NCBI GenBank assembly: GCA_002269645.1
Contig: NIVC01001724.1
Coordinates: 91,919 to 155,918 of the forward strand
Direction: 5' to 3'
DNA length: 64,000 nt
DNA from: Macrostomum lignano
Taxonomy: Eukaryota
Shown: in pieces, positions 13,425 to 25,689 of the stretch
Layout: each line of letters starts with the position of its first letter
How positions within the stretch are numbered: the stretch's first letter is position 1
Notes under the pieces: model-generated
The model's input: the letters and a program-made list of their open reading frames with translations, nothing else
The model's database searches: none
Told to the model about the DNA's origin: nothing
Made by a program: the position numbers and the translations under genes

Positions 13425-14060
13425 TTATTCATGCAGACAGTTAGACAGACAGTTAGACAGACAGACACTGTGACATTTCTTCATGCGGTGACATTTACTC
13501 GTATTCATGCAGACAGTTAAACAGTTTTATTCATGCAGACAGTTAGACAGACAGACACTGTGACATTTAGACATGCAGGCAGACAGACACTGACATTTAG
13601 ACATGCAGACATGCAGACATGCAGGCAGACAGACACTGACATTTAGACATGCAGACATGCAGGCAGACAGACACTGACATTTAGACATGCAGGCATGCAG
13701 ACATGCAGGCAGACAGACATTGATATTTAGACATGCAGACATGCAGGCAGACAGACACAGACATTTAGACACACACTGTGACATTCAAATATGCAGACAG
13801 ACAGACACTGATATTTAGACACACAGAAGACAGACAGACAGACACTGACATGCAGACATGCAGGCAGACAGACATTGATATTTAGACATGCAGACATGCA
13901 GGCAGACAGATACTGATATTTAGACATGCAGAAACGCAGACAGACAGACACTGATATTTAGACATGCAGACATGCAGGCAGACAGACACTGACATATAGA
14001 CATGCAGACTGGAACATGTAGTCATGCAGACAGACAGACGGGAACTGACATTAGGACAGA
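13425..14060. repeat. Compound CAGA/CATG microsatellite-derived array
   Basis: Repeated GACATTTAGACATGCAGGCAGACAGACACT variants. Confidence 0.9.
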
Positions 14061-14226
14061 GCACACGGAGACAGTAAAACATTAGATGAATGGCTGACAA
14101 TGACTCATCTATCATGCACGTGATTCATCAATCCCAAACATGACCATTGCCATGATATCATGCATCATTAATCTAATTCCTACATTAATAAATGTTCGTC
14201 TCTCCCTACATCTCCCTCCACTCCAG

Positions 14227-17200
14227 GCTTCAACCTCGTCTCCGTACTTTCAGTCTGAGGAAAATTCTACAAAGAAATCCGCCGCTAGCCGTGGCGCCAA
14301 TTCAAAATCGCAAAATCGCAAGCGCCGCTCCCAGCCGGTGCCAATCGCTTACGAAGAGTCGGTCGGTGAGGCTGCTGACGAACTGGTTGCCGCGGCGCCG
14401 GCGCCGGCCAAGTGGGAGGCGCAGCTGGCTAACATTAAACTGATGCGAGCGGATAAAAGTGCTCCAGTTGACAATATGGGCTGTCACACTCTCGCCGACG
14501 GGGCGGCCGAACCCAAGGTTTGTTCGTTTTGAGAGTGCATTGATTTAGCCGGGCACCCTGCTGCGGTGAAGTAGAAGCTCTGAGCAGGGGCGTGGCCAGC
14601 ATTCTTCATTGATGGCTGCCGTTTCATTTAAGGGGATGCCATTAATTTGAGGGCAGCACCAGGGGCGCCAGCACCAAGGGCGCCAGCACCAAGGGCGCCA
14701 GCACCAGGGGCGCCAGCACCAAGGGCGCCAGCACCAAGGGCGCCAGCACCAAGGGCGCCAGCACCAGGGGCGCCAGCATCAGTGGCGCCAGCACCAAGAA
14801 GCGCCAGCACCAGGAGCGCCGGCACCAAGGAGCGTGGCAGGCGAGCATTCTACCACCGCTCTGCCTGTTTGAGGGGGCAATTAGTAGCCGTTGCAGTCAT
14901 CCACTGCGGTGGCTGCATATCGGCGTACAGGGACCCGATGTTGGACACGTGAACGGTGCCCCCCTGTCCCCAGCAGGGGGGCACCGGACACGTGCTGGGT
15001 AGGAGCGCCAGCACCAAGGGCGCCAGCACCAGGGACGTCAGTAACCCTCATAAGTAGGGCACAGTGTGGGGAGTAGCGATCCGCCCCCGCAGTCTAAATA
15101 GTTCGATGATAAATCGATTCCACAAAGTGACGACTGCCCACTAACCTGGCAAAATATATCATATTTGATTGATGATTTTTCAGGCTTTAAGCTGAACTGA
15201 GTGTGCGCCTCCCGTCCTTATGTTTGATGCTGCAAGCAACAGTAGTTGCTGCATTTCCAATTTGCGTGAGACGGAGGCGGAGAGAGAGAGTTGCCAGGGT
15301 TAGGACAGGAGAACCTACATCTAGCTGCTATAGCTTATAGCTACTCAAACTTAATTAGCCTGCTCATCAGCCGCAGTCGTTATCGCAGATCTGACTGAGA
15401 GAGATCGGCTCCTTATCATCAGCCGCCGAGCGAATTCGATTCCGCCCCAATGTCTCTCTATCTTAGAAAGAGTCCAATTTTCTTATTTCTCTTCCCTGTC
15501 CCATCGCTGCCTGCCTGCGTTATTATTTAGAAGCAAAATTTTGAGGACCTGCCTGACAGCGGGCGGGAGGCCGTTTTCTTCTTGTACTCGTAAGGATTTT
15601 GAATCCGGGGATTTCCGTGTCTATTATTGATTCTTCCCACTCAATTACTGCCGCCCGTATCTCTCTGTATTGCCTGAGGCAGGGGTGTCGGCCTTCACTG
15701 CGCCTCTTTTTATTTATCTCTAGCTATGCCGGCTCAGCCTAGGTGGGTGCGTGCCCTCTCTCGATTCTTGCTATCCACTCTCTTTTAGCTCATCCGCTTC
15801 CAGCTAAACACTTCACCCTAACCTCTCTGCCCCTCTGTCTCAAACCCTCCCTAACCCCTTCTCCTACCCCTCCGATTCTAACCCTGTACACCCCTTCCTG
15901 ACGCCTCTCGTACTTACCTCTCTACCCCTCCCTACCCTCTCTACCCCTCCCTACCCTCTCTACCCCTCCCTACCCTCTCTACCCCTCCCTACCCTCTCTC
16001 TACCCCTCCCTACCCTCTCTACCCCTCCCTACCCTCTCTACCCCTCCCTACCCTCTCTCTACCCCTCCCTACCCTCTCTACCCCTCCCTACCCTCTCTAC
16101 CCCTCCCTACCCTCTCTCTACCCCTCCCTACCCTCTCTACGCCTCCCTACCCTCTCTACGCCTCCCTACCCTCTCTACGCCTCCCTACCCTCTCTACCCC
16201 TCCCTACCCTCTCTACGCCTCCCTACCCTCTCTACGCCTCCCTACCCTCTCTACGCCTCCCTACCCTCTCTACCCCTCCCTACCCTCTCTCTACCCCTCC
16301 CTACCCTCTCTACGCCTCCCTACCCTCTCTACGCCTCCCTACCCTCTCTACGCCTCCCTACCCTCTCTACCCCTCCCTACCCTCTCTACGCCTCCCTACC
16401 CTCTCTACGCCTCCCTACCCTCTCTACGCCTCCCTACCCTCTCTACCCCTCCCTACCCTCTCTCTACCCCTCCCTACCCTCTCTACCCCTCCCTACCCTC
16501 TCTCTACCCCTCCCTACCCTCTCTCTACCCCTCCCTACCCTCTCTCTACCCCTCCCTACCCTCTCTACCCCTCCCTACCCTCTCTACGCCTCCCTACCCT
16601 CTCTACGCCTCCCTACCCTCTCTACGCCTCCCTACCCTCTCTACCCCTCCCTACCCTCTCTACGCCTCCCTACCCTCTCTACGCCTCCCTACCCTCTCTA
16701 CGCCTCCCTACCCTCTCTACCCCTCCCTACCCTCTCTCTACCCCTCCCTACCCTCTCTACCCCTCCCTACCCTCTCTCTACCCCTCCCTACCCTCTCTCT
16801 ACCCCTCCCTACCCTCTCTCTACCCCTCCCTACCCTCTCTCTACCCCTCCCTACCCTCTCTCTACCCCTCCCTACCCTCTCTCTACCCCTCCCTACCCTC
16901 TCTCTACCCTTGTTCCTCTGTCTCTATCCTCTCTTCCTGTCTGCTTCTCTTTTCTATCCTCTATCCAAAACAAATTGTCTTAGTTTGCCCCTTCCGCCCT
17001 TCTATGCAGCCGCTTCAGTCCTCACGCCCTCAGTTCATTGTTTCTACGGCTGAAGCTGAAAAATAATTTTATATGCATATTATATTTCAGATTTCCATAA
17101 TTTGAATAAAAGCACTAGTATCATATTTATTTTCCTAATTTGAGATTCAATAAGCATTCCTTTTGGCTTTGATTGCAGATAGAAGCGCGATTTATCTTTC

Positions 17201-20200
17201 CTCTCTGTGCAGGCTGAATCTATAATATGGAATAATAATTTGAGAGCTGCCAGTAAAATAAATAATTTGCCACACTCGGCTGCACTGAAGTGCCGCCAGC
17301 CAACTGGCTTTTAAGCCTACTTAGAGACTATACCGATTTAGTCTAAAAAGGAGTTGGAAAGCTGAGTCTAAAAAATCTGACTTGAAAAATAGAGGTTCTC
17401 TGGCACTTTTAGCAACAATATACTATTATTAGCATTAGCGCACTGTCTTCACCGCTCCCAAAATGCTATAGAGATTCAGATTAAAGGGCCATACTGACAT
17501 AAGCACGCATTGTCATGAGAGCATACTGACATAAGCGCTGTCATGAGAGCATACTGACATAAGCGCTGTCATGAGCGCATACTGACATAAGCGCTGTTAT
17601 GAGCGCATACTGACATAAGCGCTGTCATGAGAGCATACTGACATAAGCACTGTCATGAGCGCATTCTGACATAAGCGCTGTCATGAGAGCATACTGACAT
17701 AAGCACTGTCATGAGCGCATTCTGACATAAGCGCTGTCATGAGAGCATACTGACATAAGCGCTGTCATGAGAGCATACTGACATAAGCACTGTCATGAGC
17801 GCATTCTGACATAAGCGCTGTCATGAGAGCATACTGACATAAGCGCTGTCATGAGAGCATACTGACATAAGCGCTGTCATGAGAGCATACTGACACAAGC
17901 GCTGTCATGAGCGCATACTGACATAAGCGCTGTTATGAGCGCATACTGACATAAGCGCGCACTTCTACAAGATCTTAGCACCTTGCCCGAGGTAATTGCG
18001 CTCTTATGCCATTGCACGCTTATCACATTTGTAAGGCAACAAAGTTTATTATTAGACGCTTAGTATATGCGATGAGTACACAAGTGTGTTTACACTGCCA
18101 GCGTACCAGTGCGTGCATGTGTATGCCCGATTTAGCAAGTTGCGATTAGAAGGTTTCCATTAAAGTGTGTCCTACTGTTTTGTACCTGAAAATTCTATTC
18201 ATGCTATTATGGATGGCAGCCAAAAATAACTATTCTTGGATGAGAGGTCAACTGACCCTCTTTGACCCCTCCTAGATCCGAAACGGTCTCCAGTCTTGGC
18301 AGCCATTGCTATATTGTCACAAATGGGATTCCGAGGGCCCACAAGGCCACACAAGTGGCACAAAAGGCCTCAAGTGCCACACAAGGCCTCACAAGTGGCA
18401 CACAAGGCCTCACAAGTGGCACAAAAGGCCTCAAGTGGCACACAAGGCCTCACAAGTGGCACACAAGGCCTTACAAGTGGCACACAAGGCCTCACAAGTG
18501 GCACACAAGGCCTTACAAGCGGCACACAAGGCCTCACAAGTGGCACACAAGGCCTCACAAATGGCACACAAGGCCTTACAAACACACCCTTACAAGTGGC
18601 ACACAAGGCCTTACAAGTGGCACACAAGGCCTTACCAGCGGCACACAAGGCCTCACAAGTGGCACACAAGGCCTTACAAGTGGCACACAAGGCCTCACAA
18701 GTGGCACACAAAGCCTCACAAGTGTCGCCCTACTTAGTCATAGCGCTTCGCTCTTTATTGGTGCTGGAAAGTGAATTCTTACAGGAAGGGAAATAGCGCC
18801 GCTGCTCAGGCAACTGCCAAGATAATTTCAGCCTGTTCTGAGTAGTGCTCATAATAAACCCTCCTCTTGTCGTGTCGCCATCTCGCTCGCTAACAATATC
18901 TCCGCAGGGCATCAATAATTTGTATTCCTTTTACGACTATAGCGACTATAGCGACAGATGGGATGAATGGGTATTTTTTAGATATCCATTGCTACGCCGG
19001 AGATGCAATCAGGCACAGTCAGGCTATGCGTGCCGTTAATTTCTCGTTGTCACTTTAGCAGTCAGCTGCGCTTGCTTGAAGTGCAACGGCTTCGCTCAGC
19101 ATGCTAGAAACATCTTAGTAGCATCTTATCCACTCTGTTCTATAAGACTGGATGCTTGTTGTCGCAATCCTGCCATATATTTGGATTAATTTGTTTATTC
19201 CTAGTGTATGAAATTATTATCGATACATATCGGTGGGTTGATAGCTCGGGACAGTTTATGATTCAGTGTTTTTTATTATTACACCTGCCCCAAATCGGCC
19301 AAATGTGTAACCGACATATAAGCCGCAGCTATTGCGCGGCGCATCTGAAGACTGCGTACGCTGTTCAGTCCAAGGACTGGGGGGTCGCCACACACAGCCT
19401 CAATTAACCCAGCTAATGCTGGCACCCATTTTACAGCTGGGTGAACTGAAGCAATGCAGAGTTAGTGTCTTGCTCAAGGATGCAAATTGTTCCGAGGGGA
19501 TTGAAAATCGAACCCCCGACCTTCAAGTCGTGATTCCGACGCTCTAACCACTAGGCTACAACCCCTATTGTAGACTAGTGTAGCCTAGAAGCTGGTTAAC
19601 TAAGATTTCTCGCTCATCCCGTCAGACATTTCGCTATCAAGTCCTGCTGTCCCTGATGCTATCCAGCCAGACTAAGGACGAAGTCACCGCGGCTGCTATG
19701 GCCCGCCTGAGGCGGCACGGCTGCACTCTGGATAACATTCTGGCCACGGACAATGCGGAACTGGGCCGCCTCATCTATCCCGTCGGATTCTGGAAGGTAA
19801 GCTGCTGATCGACTTTCTATGTTTGCCCTTTCACTGCTGCTCGAATAAACTCAATTTTCTCTAATACTTTTGTTCTCTGTTCCCCTCACTCTCCTCTCTG
19901 TTCCCCTCACTCTCCTCTCTGTTCCCCTCACTCTCCTCTCTGTTCCCCTCACTCCCCTCTCTGTTCCCCTCACTCTCCTCTCTGTTCCCCTCACTCTCCT
20001 CTCTGTTCCCCTCACTCTCCTCTCTGTTCCCCCACTCCCCTCTCTGTTCCCCTCACTCTCCTCTCTGTTCCCCTCACTCTCCTCTCTGTTCCCCTCACTC
20101 CCCTCTCTGTTCCCCTCACTCCCCTCTCTGTTCCCCTCACTCCCCTCACTGTTCCCCTCACTCTCCTCTCTGTTCCCCTCACTCCCCTCTCTGTTCCCCT

Positions 20201-23059
20201 CACTCCCCTCTCTGTTCCCCTCACTCTCCTCTCTGTTCCCCTCACTCCCCTCTCTGTTCCCCTCACTCTCCTCACTGTTCCCCTCACTCTCCTCACTGTT
20301 CCCCTCACTCCCCTCTCTGTTCCCCTCACTCTCCTCACTGTTCCCCTCACTCTCCTCACTGTTCCCCTCACTCTCCTCTCTGTTCCCCTCACTCTCCTCA
20401 CTGTTCCCCTCACTCCCCTCTGTTCCCTCACTCCCCTCTGTTCCCCTCACTCCCCTCTGTTCCCTCACTCCCCTCTGTTCCCCTCACTCCCCTCTCTGTT
20501 CCCCTCACTCCCCTCTGTTCCCTCACTCCCCTCTGTTCCCCTCACTCCCCTCTGTTCCCTCACTCCCCTCTGTTCCCCTCACTCTCCTCTCCGTTCCCCT
20601 CACTCCCCTCTGTTCCCCTCACTCCCCTCTGTTCCCTCACTCCCCTCTGTTCCCCTCACTCCCCTCTGTTTCCCTCACTCCCCTCTCTGTTCCCCTCACT
20701 CTTCTCTCTGTTCCCCTCACTCTCCTCTCTGTTCCCCTCACTCCCCTCTCTGTTCCCCTCACTCCCCTCTCTGTTCCCCTCACTCCCCTCTGTTCCCCTC
20801 ACTCCCCTCTGTTTCCCTCACTCTCCTCTCCGTTCCCCTCACTCCCCTCTCTGTTCCCCTCACTCCCCTCTCTGTTCCCCTCACTCCCCTCTGTTCCCCT
20901 CTCTCTCCTCACAATTTCAAATGCATACATTCAATCGCCTGTCTCCAATTTTTTCTTACATTCGTATAGTTTATACTGATTAATTAATGTATGCTTAGAA
21001 TTTATACAGATTCAATCCATTAGTAAATTTTACGACTAAATTTGGAGAATTGAAGCCTGCTCACATCCGGAGTGAATCTTGCTATCTGAGCTGTGTGCGT
21101 TTTTCTCCTTGTCTCTGGGACACGATCCCATGTCTACAGTGCCAGTGTAGTTGACTGCGTTTAAAATGCACTTTTACACTCTGATCTTTGGTCAATGGAT
21201 CATTATTTTGACCGATACTAGTTTCTCTTTGATTTAACCTACCATTTTAAAGAAATTCATTTTCTAGAGCCCTTGTTGTCCACCTTGCCTGAATTTCGTA
21301 TGCTTTACCTGGCATTCACAGTGGTTGCTATGGCCCCACCTGAGATCCAGACTGTGGTTGCTATGGCCTCACCTGAGATCAGACAGTGGTTGCTATGGCC
21401 CCACCTGAGATCAGACAGTGGTTGCTATGCCCCACCTGAGATCAGACAGTGGTTGCTATGCCCCACCTGAGATTCAGACTGTGGTTGCTATGCCCCACCT
21501 GAGATCCAGACTGTGGTTGCTATGCCCCACCTGAGATCAAACAGCTGTTGCTATGCCCCACCTGAGATTCAGACTGTGGTTGCTATGCCCCACCTGAGAT
21601 CAGACAGTGGTTGCTATGCCCCACCTGAGATCAGACAGTGGTTGCTATGCCCCACCTGAGATTCAGACTGTGGTTGCTATGCCCCACCTGAGATCAGACA
21701 GCTGTTGCTATGCCCCACCTGAGATCAGATAGTGGTTGCTATGGCCCCACCTGAGATTCAGACTGTGGTTGCTATGCCCCACCTGAGATTCAGACTGTGG
21801 TTGCTATGCTACTAACTAAACTAACAAACGGCCCCATCAATGTCCCTAGAAAAAGGTAGACTACATCAAACGGGCCAGCCAGGCGCTCAAGGACAGCCAC
21901 TCCGGTGACATTCCGGACAGCGTGGCCGGCCTGTGCAGCCTGCCGGGCGTCGGGCCAAAGATGGCGCACATCGCCATGCGCTGCGCCTGGGACCGGCTGA
22001 CGGGAATCGGGGTGGACACCCACGTGCACCGGATTGCTGCCCGGCTGGGCTGGACTAAGAAGGCAAAGGAGCCGGAGGATACTAGGAAACAATTGGAGGC
22101 CTGGCTGCCCAGGTGAGACTACCGATATGTAGAGTGAATAATTATCTACAAAAAGTTAATAAAGTTCTAAAGCTTGTTTAAAAGGTCTTCAACACGCCTT
22201 GGTGTGGTCGGACTAGTCAACGGAGTGCAGGTCGCAGTCGGGGCCCAGCACCACGCCCTTCAGCACGCGGACGCAGCGGCCACGGACGGAGATGTTCTCG
22301 GTCTCCTGGCGGATCTCCTTGCCGCCCAGGGTCTTGGTCTTGGTCCTCGGCTCCGGCGAGCACCCGGCCTTCTCCTCATCCATTTTCCATTTTAGGCTTT
22401 CACCCTCGCAGAGGGTGTGCCTCACCCCACGGCTCTTAGGGATCGTCGTTGTCGCACTTCCTGCGGTGTCGCGCCATGTTGGTCATGTTGATCGCACCAG
22501 CAAGGTTCTTCCGATGCTTTTGGATCTCTTTTTCCTGTTTGTTTTCTCATTTGCCGTGTTCTGTTCGATGCAAGCAGATGCAAGGATGCGATGCAAGGAA
22601 GGCAAGCAGGCAGGCAGGCAGGAAGGCAGGCAGGCGGGCAGGCAGGCAGGCAAGCAGGCAGGCAGGCAGGCAGGCAAGCAGGCAGGCAGGCAAGCAGGCA
22701 GGCAAGCAGGCTATTATCCGAGCCACTGGTGTACTCTTATCTAAGTGTTGTGTAGTTGGTTTACATGTAGCTCGTATGTACATCTGTTTGGCGATATTGA
22801 TCTGTCGCTGGCTAAAATGTAAAATTTCCGGTATAAGGCCGGTAAGCACAGGACACCTGCTTATTTTTAACACAGAGCGGCTCTATACCCGCCCTCCCAT
22901 TCCAGAGAGCACTGGTCCGAGGTCAACCAGCTGCTTGTGGGATTCGGGCAGCAGCTGTGCACCCCGGTGAATCCCAGGTGCTCAGATTGTCTTAACAAGG
23001 CCGTCTGCCCCAGCGCGAAACTCTCCAAGGCTAAGATCAGCAAATCCGAAACTGTTTGA
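14227..23059 (+). CDS. NTHL1: Endonuclease III-like DNA glycosylase/AP lyase (HhH-GPD, 4Fe-4S)
   Basis: Exons 14227-14517 ([12 protein letters not shown]...APVDNMGC), 19626-19796 ([20 protein letters not shown]...LIYPVGFWK), 21850-22112 (Hh[21 protein letters not shown]) and 22906-23059 ([28 protein letters not shown]-x6-C-x2-C-x5-C, TGA). All GT-AG introns have matching phases. The start exon is uncertain; candidates are 13212-13241 or 13284-13307. Confidence 0.95.
14655..14830. repeat. 15-bp minisatellite (GCGCCAGCACCAAGG)
   Basis: About 11 copies in an NTHL1 intron. Confidence 0.9.
15915..16910. repeat. 19/21-bp pyrimidine minisatellite (ACCCTCTCTACCCCTCCCT)
   Basis: About 50 copies. The minus strand is G-rich. 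Confidence 0.95.
17488..17958. repeat. 28-bp minisatellite (GCATACTGACATAAGCGCTGTCATGAGA)
   Basis: About 17 copies. Confidence 0.95.
18335..18725. repeat. 21-bp minisatellite (CACAAGTGGCACACAAGGCCT)
   Basis: About 18 copies. Confidence 0.95.
19270..19565 (-). mobile_element. tRNA-derived CORE-type SINE
   Basis: On the minus strand: A-box TAGCCTAGTGG (19558-19548) and B-box GGTTCGATT (19514-19506). These are followed by CCTTGAGCAAGACACTAACTCTGCATTGCTTCAGTTCACCCAGCTGTAAAATGGG, which resembles the MIR/CORE central domain. Confidence 0.7.
19870..20905. repeat. 19-21-bp minisatellite (CTCTGTTCCCCTCACTCTCCT)
   Basis: About 50 copies in an NTHL1 intron. Confidence 0.95.
21325..21810. repeat. 31-33-bp minisatellite (GTGGTTGCTATGCCCCACCTGAGATCAGACA)
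   Basis: About 15 copies ending about 40 bp before the HhH exon acceptor. Confidence 0.95.
22213..22425 (-). pseudogene. Coding-like fragment nested antisense in the last NTHL1 intron, paralogous to the 24506-24826 secreted protein
   Basis: Strongly GC3-biased codons. [37 protein letters not shown] aligns ungapped with DCPSGSFSMSKNLGGKQITQVFERMQTKLGCIWVLQG. No in-frame signal peptide was found. Confidence 0.5.
22605..22710. repeat. (CAGG)n microsatellite
   Basis: Read directly. Confidence 0.95.
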
Positions 23060-23328
23060 CCTTGAGGTTATTCGCCTGAGCTAGAGCTCAGGTCAAGTAC
23101 CCACTCAATTGGGGTAAGCGAACTGGGTTTAATTGCATAAGCAGACTGAGTTTCATGCGATAAGCAGACGGACCTTTTTGTGCAATTTTTTTCATTTATT
23201 AATCCATAAAACCCCTTTGCTCTCTACTGCAGAAGTAGTGTATAGCGAACATGCTATCCGCATTTTGTTTACATTGGCTCAGTTCGAGCACTGCAAACAT
23301 TTGATCACCACAGCAATAAGCCTTTGTT

Positions 23329-23650
23329 GCTCATCTGCTGCTACTCTTGTTCTGTCTGCATTACCTGCTGAAAAGCATTTGGTTAGTACATTGTGTTCTA
23401 TTGGAATTTTATAGTACAAATATATACGCCACTTGTCTCTAGTTAGCTCTGTTGGTATGCAGTTATTTTTCTTATAATTCCGTTAATATTCCTAACGAGT
23501 TTTTTGCGTAGCAACTTTTTTATTTTATGTAGCTGCTTATGAGTGCCTTTCATTTTACATGAAATTCAAAGTTCAACAAAGTTAGCAAGAAAATAACTCA
23601 AATATTGAGCTGCATATTGCACAAGAAATCAATTGTGTTAACAGAGATTA
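23329..23650 (+). repeat. Dispersed direct repeat, copy 1 (copy 2 at 27279-27583)
   Basis: Shared GCTCATCTGC...CCTGCTGAAAAG...TTTGGTTAGTACATTGTGTTCTATTGGAATTTTATAGTACAAAT...AATCAATT. Diverged, with indels. Confidence 0.85.
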
Positions 23651-24505
23651 TTGGGACTCATTGAGATAGGAAGGCTCACCCGACCGGAAATAATTTTCCT
23701 TTCAAAAACAGTAAGTGTGCCATTTGTGCCACAGCTATGCCCTTTGGCAGAGTTATAACTGTGTTTGTCTGTCCTTTTTGGCACACTTGCCACAAATAAC
23801 CTCTATTGCTAATTGGACAATTGTCTGCGACGCCATTATTTGCTTCGATTTCGGCAGATGACCGGCAGGTTGTCATTGCGACATGATCTGTTCAGACGCT
23901 CTAAAATGGCGCAATCGCGTTTGATTGACGCCATAAAAAAAGAACTAAAGCAGCAAATCACGCAGCATCTCGCTGTCCATCTCGATCAGCTCGTGGACCC
24001 AGCCGTCACAATTGACGTCATGCTGGACGACGGCAACGAACCACTGGATGCTTCACTTATGATCGCTCACATATCTTTTTGTTACTCAAACACTCTCCAA
24101 TCCTTATATTATAGCCGGTTGGTTTCGCCTTTATGTCCAACCTCGCCCGGACCAGGGTCACGGCGCGGGTAAATATCTATAAAGATTCAACAACTCTGGC
24201 CAACCTCAGTGCGCTTCTCCGCAAGATGGTGCGAGGGTGCTTCAGCGACGAAGCGGGGGCGCCGCCGCTGATAGACAGACAGATAGCCAGGATAGAATTG
24301 AAATAGAGAAGCCGATGATTCACCTGATTCGATGCGGATAAAATCGTTAGGAAAAGCTTTACTGCTGGGGCTCTGTCTCATTCAGTATATTTCTCTCTCA
24401 ATCGAGTCTTCGGTAGGTGGAACAAACAGTTTAAACAGTCCAACTCGACTCAGCTGGAATCCAGGAGTTCAAGGGCACGGCCTTTTGTAGTTAAAGTGGT
24501 TCACG

Positions 24506-24826
24506 CTATACATTCGGCAGTCGGGGGCCCCTGATTAGTAAGCACCCTGAGCTGAGCCTCAGTCTGGGTTCCATCTTGCAGGCGATGCCTGACCCGGACA
24601 TTCGGCAGTGCTTGCACCACTTGGCCTGGACAAAGTCCTCGGGTGTGCCACCCTGAAGCACCCAGATGCAGCCCAGCTTAGTTTGCATCCGCTCAAAGAC
24701 CTGCGTGATCTGCTTGCCGCCGAGGTTCTTTGACATAGAAAAGCTCCCGCTGGGGCAATCAGCGGAGCCTACGGCGACGCCAACGAAAAGGGCCAGCAGG
24801 CAGATCGGCATTGGGATCAGTTTCAT
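24506..24826 (-). CDS. Small secreted Cys-rich protein of unknown function (106 aa, intronless)
   Basis: ATG start, signal peptide MKLIPMPICLLALFVGVAVG, six Cys in the mature part, GC3-rich codons, TATAAAT about 95 bp upstream. Confidence 0.65.
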   Translation of the reverse strand: MKLIPMPICLLALFVGVAVGSADCPSGSFSMSKNLGGKQITQVFERMQTKLGCIWVLQGGTPEDFVQAKWCKHCRMSGSGIACKMEPRLRLSSGCLLIRGPRLPNV

Positions 24827-24917
24827 TGTGCTGCTGCTTGTGGCGAGTTACTTGTTGCTCAACCTGAGTAGCGAATTGTGCCAGCTCAATCTGCGGCAGG
24901 GCTCACCTGCTCTGCTC

Positions 24918-24924
24918 ATTTATA
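24918..24924 (-). promoter_or_regulatory. Putative TATA box of the secreted-protein gene
   Basis: TATAAAT on the minus strand upstream of ATG 24826. Confidence 0.4.
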
Positions 24925-25689
24925 AGCAGCCGAATGGGATTCCAACTGCTGAGGGGCTGCATGGGTCGGGGAAAGACGGGAGCCACCGCAGTCCGCTGGC
25001 CGAAGGGGGACATCAGTCAACGTCTGCCTTCTGGACGGCAGCTGGTTCTTTTGTCGGCTTGCCTGGACATAAAAGAAAGAGGAGCCGCTGCAGGAAGGCG
25101 AGGCTTGCGGACCACCTGCCTCTCGGAGTCCCCGCTTGTCCACGGAGTTCTAGAACTAAGAGCCTGGAGTGAAGATCAGAGAGTCAGCTGCATTTCACCA
25201 AAGCCTGCCGGACTCGTGCGAGCCACAGAGCTGCATTCGATTGTAAAACTGGGGTTTGGGGTGGGTGCAGTTGGTTTCCACTCCGGATCGCTAATTCTAG
25301 AGCTCCATGGGCGGTCTGGGTCGTGGAGTCATGGCGAGACCATTGGAACAGTCAATGACTGTCGCCAGTCTGAGAGGCAAACAATGGTGCGGTTTTTCGG
25401 AGAGCCAGAAGCTCAAAGCCGGACTAGGGCTCTCTTCAAGGCAGCAAAAAATGTCAGCTGACCTACTTTTGTTACACATACGAGCTTGAACACTCGCCTG
25501 TTTCTCTGTAGGCAGCACTCTTCATACTACTGAAGCAAGTAATGCAATAAAATAAACTGTAATACTTCCTTTTATTAAGTTACAGTGTACACGTATGAAA
25601 TTAATAGGTACATTTTAAAAAACTACAGGATTGTCATTTGGGCACTGCTAAAATGAGATTAGATACATAGATAGATAGATATTAGGTGA

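Noticed and set aside
19500-19565. tRNA gene (also 8615-8685)
   Set aside because: A and B boxes are present but there is no pairing cloverleaf or acceptor stem. The 19.5-kb copy continues into a SINE body.
18262-20979. Repetitive ORFs ([21 protein letters not shown])
   Set aside because: Intronic 21-bp minisatellites inside NTHL1.
24934-25489. Plus-strand ORFs diverging from the secreted gene
   Set aside because: No motifs, inconsistent frames and no clear splice structure.
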